Shown: piece by piece, positions 25,741-38,054 of the stretch | Position numbering within the stretch: position 1 is the stretch's first letter | Layout of the letters: each line of letters starts with the position of its first letter | NCBI RefSeq assembly: GCF_902652985.1 | Contig: NW_022983034.1 | Coordinates: forward strand, 1-64,000 | DNA: 64,000 bases | Source of the DNA: Pecten maximus | Lineage: Eukaryota | Direction: 5' to 3' | Program-made: the position numbers and the translations under genes | The notes under the pieces: model-generated | The model's database searches: none | What the model was told of the DNA's origin: nothing | What the model saw: only the letters and a program-made list of their open reading frames with translations

Positions 25741-26365
25741 CTATAAGAAGAAAAAAAAGATATTTTCTTACACAAAATCAATGTAATTTCCAGTTACACA
25801 AACCAACAAAATGTGCAAAATTGGCAATATTATAATCATGCCTTATATTGAAACATAGCAGTCATTATTTATCATGCAAAGATGGCTCTTCACGATATCT
25901 TGTCTGATATTTCATCAAATAATGTGCCTGTCAACATTTTCTCAACTCACATGCAAGCTTAATTAGCCTCTACACATAATCAAGGCTTCTGCTGGGTCTT
26001 AAATATGTATACCAGTATCAATAGTTGAAAAAGGTAAATTCAACACAACATACGCTTACGCTTTCAGGCCTAATGACCATCTTAAGGCATGATATTGTAT
26101 ATGTGACATCATAATGTGGTATCCAAGACGTCAAATAAATGAAGCGCATGAAGATGGCCATTAGGCCCGAAAACACCATGGGAAATAACTTAACTAACTA
26201 TGGTGTTATTACATTAATTTGGTGAATCAATCACTATCAATATGTAATGCAAAAAAAAAAAAAAATTATTACTAAATTCACAAAATTGATACTCCAGAAG
26301 TTTTTCAATCTCCAATTGCACAATATCTTACCAAATACACTAAGAACTCAGCAATTTTCAACAAG

Positions 26366-26483
26366 TGTTAACAGTAGCGGCCAGACCGGGGTTCCAACTC
26401 TGACCTCCGAACACCAGCCGGATGCTCTACCAACTATTGAGTTACCTGGTCACTGATGATCGACTCAGTCCAGTCCCGCTACA
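26366..26483 (-). mobile_element. Short tRNA-derived repeat (SINE head or tRNA-containing mini-LTR)
   Basis: Minus strand shows degenerate A-box (taactcaatagttggtagagc) and B-box (gagttggaaccc) motifs, enclosed by a gtagcgg/ccgctac inverted pair. Confidence 0.55.
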
Positions 26484-29400
26484 CATGCATGCAGCTCATG
26501 CATGAATTATAGCGGTCAAAACTGATTGGTTCACCTTTTCTGATTCAATTTATTAATTACAAAAAAATCCATTATTGGTAGCTGCTAAACAAAAACAATA
26601 TTTCAAATCCATTCATTTTAATTAGAAAAAAAAATTGTTATCGAAAATTGATCGGTTGGTGGTATCTGATTACAAACCAATACATGTATAGGAATTGGTT
26701 ATGTTTTTAAACTGATTATATACAATATGTGTCATATACTATAGACCAAAACATGTAATCAAACTTGACGCCTATATACGTATATATATCTACAATTTTT
26801 TGTATATCAATATGCAAATCATAACGTAATAACAGTTCACAGTGATACATGACTTGTGTTGTATAATTATGAGAATTTTGAATGTTAATTAGCATCGACA
26901 GAAACTATTCCACGACTTTCTAATTATACGACTCAATAAATAAATAATGTTCTTCCTTCGCATCCAAATGCTAATGATTTATATAAATATTTGTTAATTA
27001 ATGGCCTCTAGGATTAGTAATTAATTAACTATGAAAAATACCTAAGTGCGACTGGTAATAGTGTCGTCCGTTGTGGCTGGACTCCATGTCGCCTGTGGTC
27101 ATCTTCATTGGCTTCAGTTTCTTTATGACCAAACGCTGTAGATCTCAGGCTTGCTTTCAAAACTGTACAACGGAATATTAATAACACAATGTAAACTTAA
27201 TGTGTAATATACAGGCAGTCTAACAAAAGCATAAAGTCATCAAGTTTACTTTCTGGTATGATGCGATTAATTTGACAAATGTCAAAATCCCCTCTTGGGC
27301 GCCCCCTTTGATTTGTATTCCCATTTAGGACTTGTTGAGGCCAATACCAAGCGATTCATGCCGTGTTAACACTACGTGACCTTTCTTAAGCTTAATCTCG
27401 ATATCAGTTGTTACCATTTATGATAATTATGTACCATCAAGTACTATCAAGTCATCATCTGGGCGTACACGACAGTTGATCTACGAAACATCGAAGTCCA
27501 GTGCTGTCAACTAACCTGTTCAAGGCATTAGCTTGGCCAAAGGAGGGTCTGTTTTAATCCCTTCGGTATATTTTAACTGATGCCATCTGCTTGCTCTGTC
27601 TCTAAGATACGTGTTCGTCTGTTAGAAGTTAAAATCACGTTCTCGATTATTCGTTTCTTCGTGCTCTCGGTTAAAACTGATTCAGAACCCTTCCACTTAG
27701 ATCGGGTGTTCGCCATCTTTGTTATGATGTTTCCAATTTCCCGCATCGCGCATGCGCAAAGGTACGCAGAGGTATTTGTTTACACACATCGAAAAATAAT
27801 AATATGAAATAACTACTAGGTTAATCAAATTTATTTTATTTTTTTCATTAAATTTTAACAAATTGTTATGGACACTTCTGAAATGTATAATTATCATAAA
27901 GTGCTTAACTTTTTACATCATTTTAAATCGTATACCCTTTTTTATATATTATTTTAGTGGAAATCTAGCCATTTAGTCCCTTTAATGTCTGAGCAGTATT
28001 TCGGTGTTCAATAAGTCTGATTATGATTGCTCTGTTAAATCCACACAGAAAGTTTTTAAAATAAAAAGGACATTTAAGGAAAGTTATCTCTTCTAAATAT
28101 ATCAGGTTTAAAACTCATTCTACCATTTAGCTGATGGTTATAGAAAAGGAATCGCCACAAACTTACACCGTTGTAGACGGATTGCTGTAAAGTTTGTATG
28201 CTATGTGTAAAATGTGTAGTATTTGTGGCGAGTACGGTGTGTGTGTATATATGAACATGTATATGTAGTCTCGGGTAGACAAACGAGTGCATATGAGGTA
28301 GCTTCAAATAGAAATGACCTGTTAACAAGGAGTGTTTCTCATTGATACAATAACTGTGGACGCATCACACCATATTTCATGTACAGTGAATGGGTTTCAT
28401 TTGATTGTATTTACTGTCGGTCTTCACACGTGTGTAGGGCAGTAAATATTTACCTGAAATAGTCATTGAATTTGAAGGTGTTGTGTTACATACAGTGTAT
28501 GAAGTATAATAAAGTAAAATACAACATACACTATGTGATGTGTGTGGAACTGGTTATTGTATACAGTGTATTTACATATACATCACATATTATTTGTGAT
28601 TGTCGGTTTGTGGTTTGTAAAAACATTCAAGATAACTATACCACTTTAAGGTCAATAGGTCCAACAAATGATGAGCAAAATTAAAACCAAGAAACGAAAC
28701 AGGTAAAAATGTTGATATATATTGGTACACTCACGTCAAAATGAAAAAGTGCATATGCTAACTCAAATCTTGTGATAAAGACAAACAGCTCTTGGATATT
28801 TCAAAATTTTGTACATGTATATTTTGAAAAGAACCTTCAATTTAGACTTGCTTTGTTGTAAAACATCTCTCTTATAAGTTGTAGATCAATGTAATCCAAC
28901 AAAAACGTTTAACGGGAAATGGTTCATTGCATGATGACTGAACAACTGCAGTATAAAGTATTGTTGGTGTATGGTAGTATATTGTTTTTCAGATACGGGA
29001 CCTGTGAATTTCCTCCGCAGCCTCCAAAAACACACACACACTACAGCATTTACACGCATGTATCTCGCACACAGTAAAATCCGTACTGAAATGACATTAT
29101 CTGTTCAAGCCATATTATTTGATCTTACCATAAAAAACAAACAGGTGTATACTACATAATCTTCATAAGTAATACGTAAAATATATCGGGGGAAATGGCT
29201 ATAACTGTGCTGTATAGCAGTTTCGTGTTTCTAGGGCTCACCAGTGGCATTAAAGATTACCATCAGTATAGAAATCAAATTCAAATAAAAAAATTGTTGA
29301 ATAATAAGGGACAAACTATTCAATTTGTGTAAATTTTCAGATTCCCATTGATATATGTTGTTCATCTGTTCTCTATGATTAATATATCTTTATTTAGGAC

Positions 29401-30800
29401 TTATATTTTGTTTTCTTATCGGATTTCTATTGATATTTCATAGGAGAGTTCAGAGGTCATTCAAACGTGATCTAATTAATTTGTTTAGGAATTTCAAAGA
29501 CTCAAATACATGAAATGTCGACACTTTTCGAAAACCTTTTTCATGACTTGCAGTATCATTAATAATCCTCCTTTACTTAACAGGATTTCTAAAAAAATAT
29601 TTTTTTTTATATGAACATATCAACCTAGTTGTCTCCCTTAACATGTAAACGAGCCAAACGATATCCGTGTGTTGTCTACAGATGTAAAAACCAGGAAGAA
29701 TGTTATCTTATTTCACCAGTTCGGAGGCTAAAATGTGTAAGTGTATCCATATATAGACCTATATACAACATTTTAGATGTTGGATATCTATTTTTTCAAC
29801 ATTTAGTTGTACATTTTGTAAGAATACGTATTATGTGTAGTCTACACCAACATAAACAGAAAGTACATTCAGTTTTCACTAGAGACTAAATCGTATTTAC
29901 ACACTGTAATATGTATTGTGTTTAACATGGCGTTTTAGATAAAATAATCATTTCTATTGTGATGTACGTGTAGGTGTACTGTTGTAAATGATATAGTCTG
30001 TGTATTTGAATAGGTTTCTCTACCGGAAGTGGATACCACACAAGGGCAATCTGCTATCGTAATGATGAATCGTTATAACAACGGTTTGAGAGAAGAGGAA
30101 AGGTATGGAAGTTTCAAAACTAATTATTACATATTAAATGAGTAAATATTTAAATGTCATTTTTCAAAACTTACCATCCCATTATAGACATATGGAAATC
30201 GAAAGTAGATTATTTTGTTATTGTTGATGTTCAACAACGAAAAGTGGCTTGACGGTATATATTTACTTAAGTTTAAGCAAATTATGCCTACTTTTACCAA
30301 GGACTAAGCAATATGTATGTTAAGTTTTTAAACATTTACACAACAACATGTCAATATTTTTCAGATACTTTACCAAAACATGTCCCAGCAGATATTAGTC
30401 ATTTACGACCCCAATATAACTAATTTTCTTCCGAAGCAATAATGAACCCATCTTCGATTAAATATAATGGCAACAGCTTATGTTCTTTAAAGAAACTGGA
30501 AGGAATTCTACAGAAGTTGTTATAGAGTACATGTACTAACTGTCAGCAGATATTTTTCTTTTAAAAAATCCAAAAGGTGTAATTATTTGACTTGTCAATG
30601 TTCTATCTTCAAGTAATTTGTCTATATTTAGTAATATTTGTACTTAAAGCAACATTAACAGTTCTGTGGTCTATGATCAACCTTAATGGTACAGTGTACA
30701 TTGTATATGATTATACTTAGAATTAATCAGTGGCACTGATCAAAGACTAGTGAAATGATTTAAGTTTTGTTTTTAACTTGCAGATAAACAAGCAATAGGC

Positions 30801-32864
30801 ATGGCAGAGGCTCATGTAGACAATCGATCTTTCAAATGTCTGATATGTCTCCATGAATGTAACACACCCCGACAGCTACCATGTTTTCACACGTTTTGCA
30901 CGGGTTGTTTGGACACCTATATCAATTCTGAATACGTCACAGAAGATAACAGGACGTACTTCCCCTGTCCGGTATGCGAAAGTCCATGTTACCGTCACGA
31001 CAAGAATGCTCCCGTTAGCTCGTGGGCCGGTTCGTTTCCTCGGAATCAGCTTTTTGCTTCCTCAACGTTCAAAGAGACAGAATCAGGTCAGACATTCTGC
31101 CACGGATGTCTAACTGACGACGAAGAGAACGTTGCTTCCTTCTGGTGTAAAGCATGCTCGGAAGCCTTGTGTCAGCCATGTCGCGTTGCACACCGACGAA
31201 GCAAATTACTTTCGACTCACAAAGTTATTGCCATAGACGAGGTTTCTAAGACAGATATACGCATGCCTGTATCCATTGTCAACACGTGTCCTCGTCATAC
31301 GGGGAAGACGATCGAAGTATACTGCCACAACCACAACGCCTTATGCTGTGTTCTGTGCGTGACACTGTCACATAGAATGTGTACGCAGGTCAGTAGCCTT
31401 GAAGATACTACAATGATGTTCTCACTTGATCTCATCGAATGTGAGTTAGGCAAGATGAAGGACGAGTCAAAAACAATTGTTGAAGAGGACGAAAACAAAC
31501 TGACCACTCTCGAAGACGATTACCAGAAAATGACCAGTAATATGGCCATGATGATCAAGAAAGCGAAAGATAAGATGGGTGATCTCCACCAACGTTTTCA
31601 AACCGGGTTAGACGTAACATACCGACGTCATCGAGAAAGTCTACATGAACGCTTACGCACCAATAGGATATTTCAAGCAAACATTGAAAACACCAACCAA
31701 CTGATGAGGGTGGTGAAAGAAAAAAATCCTGTCGTTGATATATTTATTGTAACGGAACAATCCAAGACACAACTCCTAAGTCACGTGCGGCGTTTACAGC
31801 AGAAGACTGGAGACAAACACAACACATTTGAATTGAAGATTAGATATGACGACGTATTAGAGAAGGTCAACAACGTGATGACAACTGTAGGAAGATTAGA
31901 AGTCTCCTCTTCATTGTCATCGTCATCACAAGACTCCCTCACATCTATCAGACAAATCATTGACACACTCCACACAACATCGTCCGTGACATCGTTTTCC
32001 GAATCAACGTCCTCCTCGGACATGTTGAGTGATGTAGGACACGTGGCAGTTCCATCTTCGTCAATAGCGCCTCGTATTGACGTGTGGACTGGGTCTTTAT
32101 CTCTGGTCAAGTCTGTACATAAAGGTTCCATCGGTGGGTTAGTGACTCCATGGCTGACAGGAGGGGTATTTATTGAAGGAGAAGGTCTACTCGCTACAGA
32201 CTACAATAATAAAAAACTTTTACTGTTTGATGATAGCTATGAGTATTTAAGGCATTATGATATGGATAACAGTCCTATTGATATCACACGTGGATTTGAA
32301 CCGAATCAGTTACTAATGACCCAGACAAATGGGTCAATCATTAGGTGTACATTTCGGGATGGTGTTCTTACCACTGTCGACAGTATAAGAAGTTATCCAA
32401 GTCAATGGGGTATAGATACTCTGGGAGATAACGTACTGATCGGGACTGATTATTCTGTCAAGATTTCAACATCTGATTTTAAACAGGTATCGTCAATACC
32501 TAACCTCAGTTACAGCACGTATGTGGCCGCATCAACCCGGGGACTCCTTTGCCACAGAGATGAAGACGTCATCGTTTGTCGGTCACGTGATGGGACGGAG
32601 GTGTTCCGGCATATGTGCAAAGGTATCAAACAGCCACGAGGAATTGTTGTTGATCAGGATGGTAATGTATACGTGTGTGGAATGAAATCGGGAGACATAC
32701 ACCTGATATCACATGACGGCTTCAAGGATCGAATCCTTCTCCCAAGAATGTCTGGAATCACTCAACCGTTCGCTGTAGTTCTCCATCCAACAAGACAGGA
32801 GATCATTGTGACATCAAGGCGGGAAAACGTGGCGTTTGAAGTGTACAAGTTTTGTGACCAGTGA
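30801..32864 (+). CDS. TRIM-NHL-type E3 ligase, copy 4 (intact, 687 aa)
   Basis: Uninterrupted ORF with the same domains and distinctive propeller loops (RSYPSQWG, PNLSYSTYV). Confidence 0.95.
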   Translation: MAEAHVDNRSFKCLICLHECNTPRQLPCFHTFCTGCLDTYINSEYVTEDNRTYFPCPVCESPCYRHDKNAPVSSWAGSFPRNQLFASSTFKETESGQTFCHGCLTDDEENVASFWCKACSEALCQPCRVAHRRSKLLSTHKVIAIDEVSKTDIRMPVSIVNTCPRHTGKTIEVYCHNHNALCCVLCVTLSHRMCTQVSSLEDTTMMFSLDLIECELGKMKDESKTIVEEDENKLTTLEDDYQKMTSNMAMMIKKAKDKMGDLHQRFQTGLDVTYRRHRESLHERLRTNRIFQANIENTNQLMRVVKEKNPVVDIFIVTEQSKTQLLSHVRRLQQKTGDKHNTFELKIRYDDVLEKVNNVMTTVGRLEVSSSLSSSSQDSLTSIRQIIDTLHTTSSVTSFSESTSSSDMLSDVGHVAVPSSSIAPRIDVWTGSLSLVKSVHKGSIGGLVTPWLTGGVFIEGEGLLATDYNNKKLLLFDDSYEYLRHYDMDNSPIDITRGFEPNQLLMTQTNGSIIRCTFRDGVLTTVDSIRSYPSQWGIDTLGDNVLIGTDYSVKISTSDFKQVSSIPNLSYSTYVAASTRGLLCHRDEDVIVCRSRDGTEVFRHMCKGIKQPRGIVVDQDGNVYVCGMKSGDIHLISHDGFKDRILLPRMSGITQPFAVVLHPTRQEIIVTSRRENVAFEVYKFCDQ

Positions 32865-34417
32865 TTGGTTTAACTACATTGACTATCGAAATGTTTCATA
32901 TGATTTCTACAATGGGTGTTTTACGAGAAATAAATACAATTCAAGTCACTGCATTCTACTTCATATAAGTTACGGAAATTGTTTTGTGCTCTGGTATTAA
33001 TAATTTTTTCTTCATCGACTATTCAGTGTGTAATAGGCAATCAAATGCATAAAGCTTGAGTATAAATATATGTCAGGTAGGAATGACGAAATTAAAATAA
33101 GTTTCTACTAACATCTTGTTTGTTTCAAATTATTCATCCGATTGTTAACGTGACGAAATCATTGTTACGTCACATGTAATGGGAAACGTAATAAAAGTTG
33201 TACAGGATATCACTTTCTGTGTGTACTTCTATGACTTATCATTTATCTGTATCAACATAGAAAAGGTCTGTCTTCAGAGAAGTCAGAATTAACCCGTAAA
33301 TATAACTTGAACTTCTATTACATATTTGGTTTGGGTTTTGAATTTCGACAGCTATGGTCATTGACTTGTATGTGAGGGATACATGCGTGTAGTAACTGTT
33401 TGTGTGTTTGAGACTACAGTATGTCCGTGCGTGTCTCTTTGTGATAGCGGGGAATTTATCTCTGATTTAATTTTTGATCTCAAAATATATCATTGTTAAC
33501 ATAACAAGGATAATGCAAATAGGTATAACATAGAAAATGTATAGAATATATATAGAAAATAAATCAGTACAGACAACTATTCCTGTGGCAGAGGAATTAG
33601 TTGAATTTTTTTTTCTTTTTTTTCTTTTTAACATATAAATTTAATACGTAGTTAATACGTAACTTGTTAAAATAAGCTGGTAAGATTATCCCCCTCACAT
33701 ATAAATTACTTATATAATTACATATATTACATATATAATTACTTTTATAAATATAAGACAGCTACTGATTTTTTTCACCTCCCTTTCAATTTAAATCCTC
33801 TGTCTTTTTGTGAATCGTCTACTGCCGCTTTTTTCCGCATTGTTTTATTTTACTTATATACACTATTATTATCCACGCATACAGTCGCAAGCACCATATG
33901 GACTCCCCAGACCATATATACATCCAGTCAAGCCCGGCAAAACCATTAAGTACTGTACCTTACGGAAGCAGTGACGTCCTGGACTGTCGGACGTAACTGG
34001 TGGTCTTAGGCCCGGGGTCCATAACAGACAAAATATTTACCGCCCCTATTTGACCACCAATCTACAAACAATAATTTCTCTTTTGAACATACATACATAT
34101 ATACCCATATTCTATTTTGTAAAGATAACTAACATACATATAAAGATAAGTTTTTATTTAATTATAAAGTTAGCCTTTTGGCTCCCTTCGGTCGCCCTCC
34201 CACGACAAGAAAACTATAACTTGGAAATATTTCTGCACCACAATAGAGCGACTGGCGTACATGGGCTTGCCCAAAACGCTACACCCCATGATTTGTTCTA
34301 TAAACATTTACAGGAGTTCGATTATAATTATCAGTCGATACCACAACACAATTGGCAGTAATCCATGAAATGAGTAAGTGGTATGACAATGCAAGAAATA
34401 TCGTATGTATAAGCTGA

Positions 34418-34590
34418 AACGCCGAAATGGCAGCTCCGAATGTATGTTCGCCAGGGAGTTGAGAAAGACATTGACTGGTTGTTAAAATCCAAATAACCAC
34501 AGAAAAGAATTTGTGAAACACTTTAAGGCGGTTATGTTGCTGTGATATAACTGTATATAATATTTCAAGCTATTATCATCATTATATTTT
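34418..34590 (+). mobile_element. Degenerate SINE 3' fragment
   Basis: cgccgaaatggcagc..tgtatgttcgccagggagttgag followed by a (tat/cat)n tail, resembling invertebrate SINE bodies from recall. Confidence 0.4.
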
Positions 34591-35984
34591 CCTATTGAAA
34601 TCTTCTGTTGATACATTTTGTTTTCATCTTCATTTGAGATTAAGGTTTTGTTTTTCACATCGGTTTTCTCTTAATATATCATAGGAGAGGTCAGAAATAA
34701 TTAAGAATTATCTAATTAGTTTCTTAAGGCATTTCAAAGAGCCTCAATTATATGAAATATCGGCACTTTTCGTTACACTTTTGTCTTGGCTTGTAGTAAC
34801 ACAGGTAATATAATTTTTAGTTGAAAGCATTTGTTGAAATTCAATCATCGATTTTTGATGGGAACATATTTACTCCGTGTTGTCTCCCTTAGCACGGAAA
34901 CGAGGCGCACAAAGTGTCATGCAGACGTCTGTTCTTAGGCAAAACGGTGTAAGTATATCCATATATAGGCATATATTCAACACAATAGATGTTGGTTGTG
35001 TGTTCTTCTTTTGTTTTATATACAGTAATGTGTAAGATTATAAGATTGTCTGTGTAGTCAACAGCATAAACTGAAAATACATTAATTCTCACGGTTTCTA
35101 CTGAGGACCAAAATCGCGTTTGTTTGCACACCCATGTACAACGTGTTTTGTTTTATATCACGTCTTAGATAAGATTAAAACATTTCAATGATTGTGATGT
35201 ATGTGTTTGTATACCGTTGTGGAACAGGTGTCTGTACCGGAAGTGGAGTGAATCTTTAAACGTCTGTTGTTTTTTAATGTACAATCCTGTTATAGGTATA
35301 TGGAAATCGAAAGTACAGACAAGGGTTTCCCGTGTAAATTTATTGTTTTTTATTGATGCTCAACAACGATTAGTTGTTGGATATCAGACCTATGTTTCAC
35401 TTAAGTTTAAACAATTTATGGCTATTTTAACCACAGAATAAGCAAAATCTACACGTTTACACAGGCAAATGTTTGCCAGATACCAATGTTTACAAAAATA
35501 TGTCCCAACAGTTACCAGCCAACTCCGACCTCAAAATAACTAATTACACTCCTAAGCAATAACGAATTCATTTTTGTTTTTAAATACTTTAAAAAGGTAA
35601 TATGGTTATAATGGCAACATACATTTTTATTATGTTTTCTACAGAAACTGGAAGGAAACCTACAAACGCTAATATTCTAGAGTACATATACATACTGTTG
35701 ACAGATATTTTCATACAAAACCCCAACAATATAATAATTCAATTATTTGACTTGTCAATATCCTATCTTCAAGTGATTTGTCTATATTTTGTAACACCAC
35801 TAAACGTTATATCTTACACTTAATTATAAAGTAATCGTTCTGTGGTCTTTGATCAAACTTGTCGTTGTCAAGTTTATGGCATATTGTTAAACATGATATT
35901 TATAATTAATCAGTAGAAATTATAAAACACTCGTGAAATGATTTATGTTTTCGATTTTTACTTGCAGATACAACAACAATAGTC

Positions 35985-38054
35985 ATGGCGGAGGCTCTTA
36001 TAGACAATCAACCCTTCAAATGTCTGATATGTCTCCAGGAATGTAACATACCCCGACAGCTACCATGTTTTCACACGTTTTGCACCGGTTGTTTAAACAC
36101 CTATATTAATTCAGAATACGTCACAGAAGATAACAGGACGTACTTCCCCTGTCCGGTATGCGAAAGTCCGTGTTACCCTCAAAACAAGGATGCTCCCGTT
36201 AGTTCTTGGGCCGGTTCGTTTCCTCGGAACCAGCTGTTCGCTTCATCAACGTATAAAGAGACAGAATCAGGTCAGACATTCTGCCACGGATGTCTAACTG
36301 ACGACGAAGAGAACGTTGCTTCCTTCTGGTGTAAAGCATGCTCGGAAGCCTTGTGTCAGCCATGTCGCGTTGCACACCGACGAAGCAAATTACTTTCAAC
36401 GCACAAAGTCATTGCCATAGACGAGGTTTCTAAGACGGATATACGCATGCCTGTATTCATTGACAACACGTGTCCTCATCATACGGGAAAGACGATCGAA
36501 GTATACTGCCACGACCACAACGCCTTATGCTGTGTTCTGTGCGTGACACTGTCACATAGAAGGTGTACGAATGTTAGTAGCCTTGGAGATACTACAAAGA
36601 TGTTCTCACTTGATCTCATCGAATGTGAGTTAGAAAAGATGAAGGACGAGTCAAAAACGATTGTCGAAGAGGACGAAAACAAACTGACCACTCTCGAAGA
36701 CGATTACCAGAAAATGACCAGCAATGTGGCCACGATGATCAAGAAAGCGAAAGATAAGCTGGATGATCTTCACAAACGTTTTCAAACCGGGTTAGACGTA
36801 ACATACCGACGTCATCGAGAAAGTCTACATGAACGCTTACGCACCAATAGGATATTTCAAGCAAACATTGAAAACACCAACCAACTGATGAGGGTGGTAA
36901 AAGGAAAAAGTCCTGACGTTGATACATTTATTGTAACGGAACAATCCAAGACACAACTCCTAAGTCACGTGCGGCGTTTACAGCAGAGGACTGGAAGCAA
37001 GCACAACACATTTGAATTGAAGATTAGATATGACGACGTATTAGAGAAGGTCGTCAACGTGATGACAACTGTGGGAAGATTAGAAGTCTCCTCTTCATTG
37101 TCATCGTCATCACAAGACTCCCTCACATCTATCAGAAAAACCATTGACACACTCCAGGCAACATCGTCCGTGACATCGTTTTCCGAATCAACGTCCTCCT
37201 CGGACATGCTGAGAGATGTAGGACACGTGGCAGTTCCATCTTCAGTCAGTAGCGCCTCGTATTGACGTGTGGACTGGGTCTTTATCTCTGGTCAAGTCTG
37301 TACATAAAGGTTCCATCGGTGGGTCAGTGACTACATGTCTGACAGGAGGGATATTTATTGAAGGAGAAGGGTCTACTCGCTACAGACTACTACAAACAAA
37401 CAACTTTTACTGTTTGATGATAGCTATGAGTATATCAGGCATTATGATGTGGATAACCTTCCTATTGATATCACACGTGGATTTGAACCGAATCAGTTAC
37501 TAATGACCCAGACAAATGGGTCAGTCATTAAGTATACATTTCGGGATGGTGTCCTAACCACTGTCGACAGGATACGTAGTACTCAACAATGTTGGGGTAT
37601 AGATATTCTGGGAGATAACATACTGCTCGGGACTGAAAGTTCTGTCGAGATTTTAACATCTGACTTTAAACAGATAGCAGCCTCTATACCTAAACGCGGT
37701 TACAATACTTCCGTCGCCGCATCACCAAATGGACTCTTTTACCACGGAGATGAAGACGTCATCGTATGTCGGTCACATGATGGGAAGGAAGTGTTCCGGC
37801 ATATGTGTAAAGGTATCAAAGAGCTACGAGGAATTGTTGTTGACCAGGATGGTAATGTATACGTATGTAGAATGGAGTCGGGAGACATACACCTGATATC
37901 ACATGACGGCTCAAGGGAGAGAGTCCTTCTCCTAAGAATGTGTGGAATCACTCGACCGTACGCTATTGTTCTCCATCCAACAAGACAGGAGATCATTGTG
38001 ACGTCATGGCAGGAAAACGTGGTGTTTGAAGTGTACAAGTTTTGTGACCAGTGA
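35985..38054 (+). pseudogene. TRIM-NHL copy 5, three +1 insertions (pseudogene or consensus error)
   Basis: ORFs 35985-37265, 37267-37503 and 37449-38054 tile one gene. Single-base insertions lie near 37245, 37369 and 37390, and the span is copy 1 plus 3 nt. Confidence 0.75.

Larger units (their letters stand above)
22042..27981 (-). mobile_element. Kolobok-type DNA transposon, 5940 bp, decayed
   Basis: TTAA TSD (22038-41 and 27982-85), 22-bp TIR agggactaaatgg(t/c)tagatttc with one mismatch, and AG...CT termini. The empty site 'ttttgTTAAtgtctgag' is present in other units. Confidence 0.88.

Noticed and set aside
26375-26455. Functional tRNA gene
   Set aside because: A and B boxes are degenerate and the cloverleaf is poor, so it is treated as a tRNA-derived repeat.
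22042-27981. piggyBac assignment based on the TTAA TSD
   Set aside because: The termini begin AGGG rather than the CCC/CAC typical of piggyBac.
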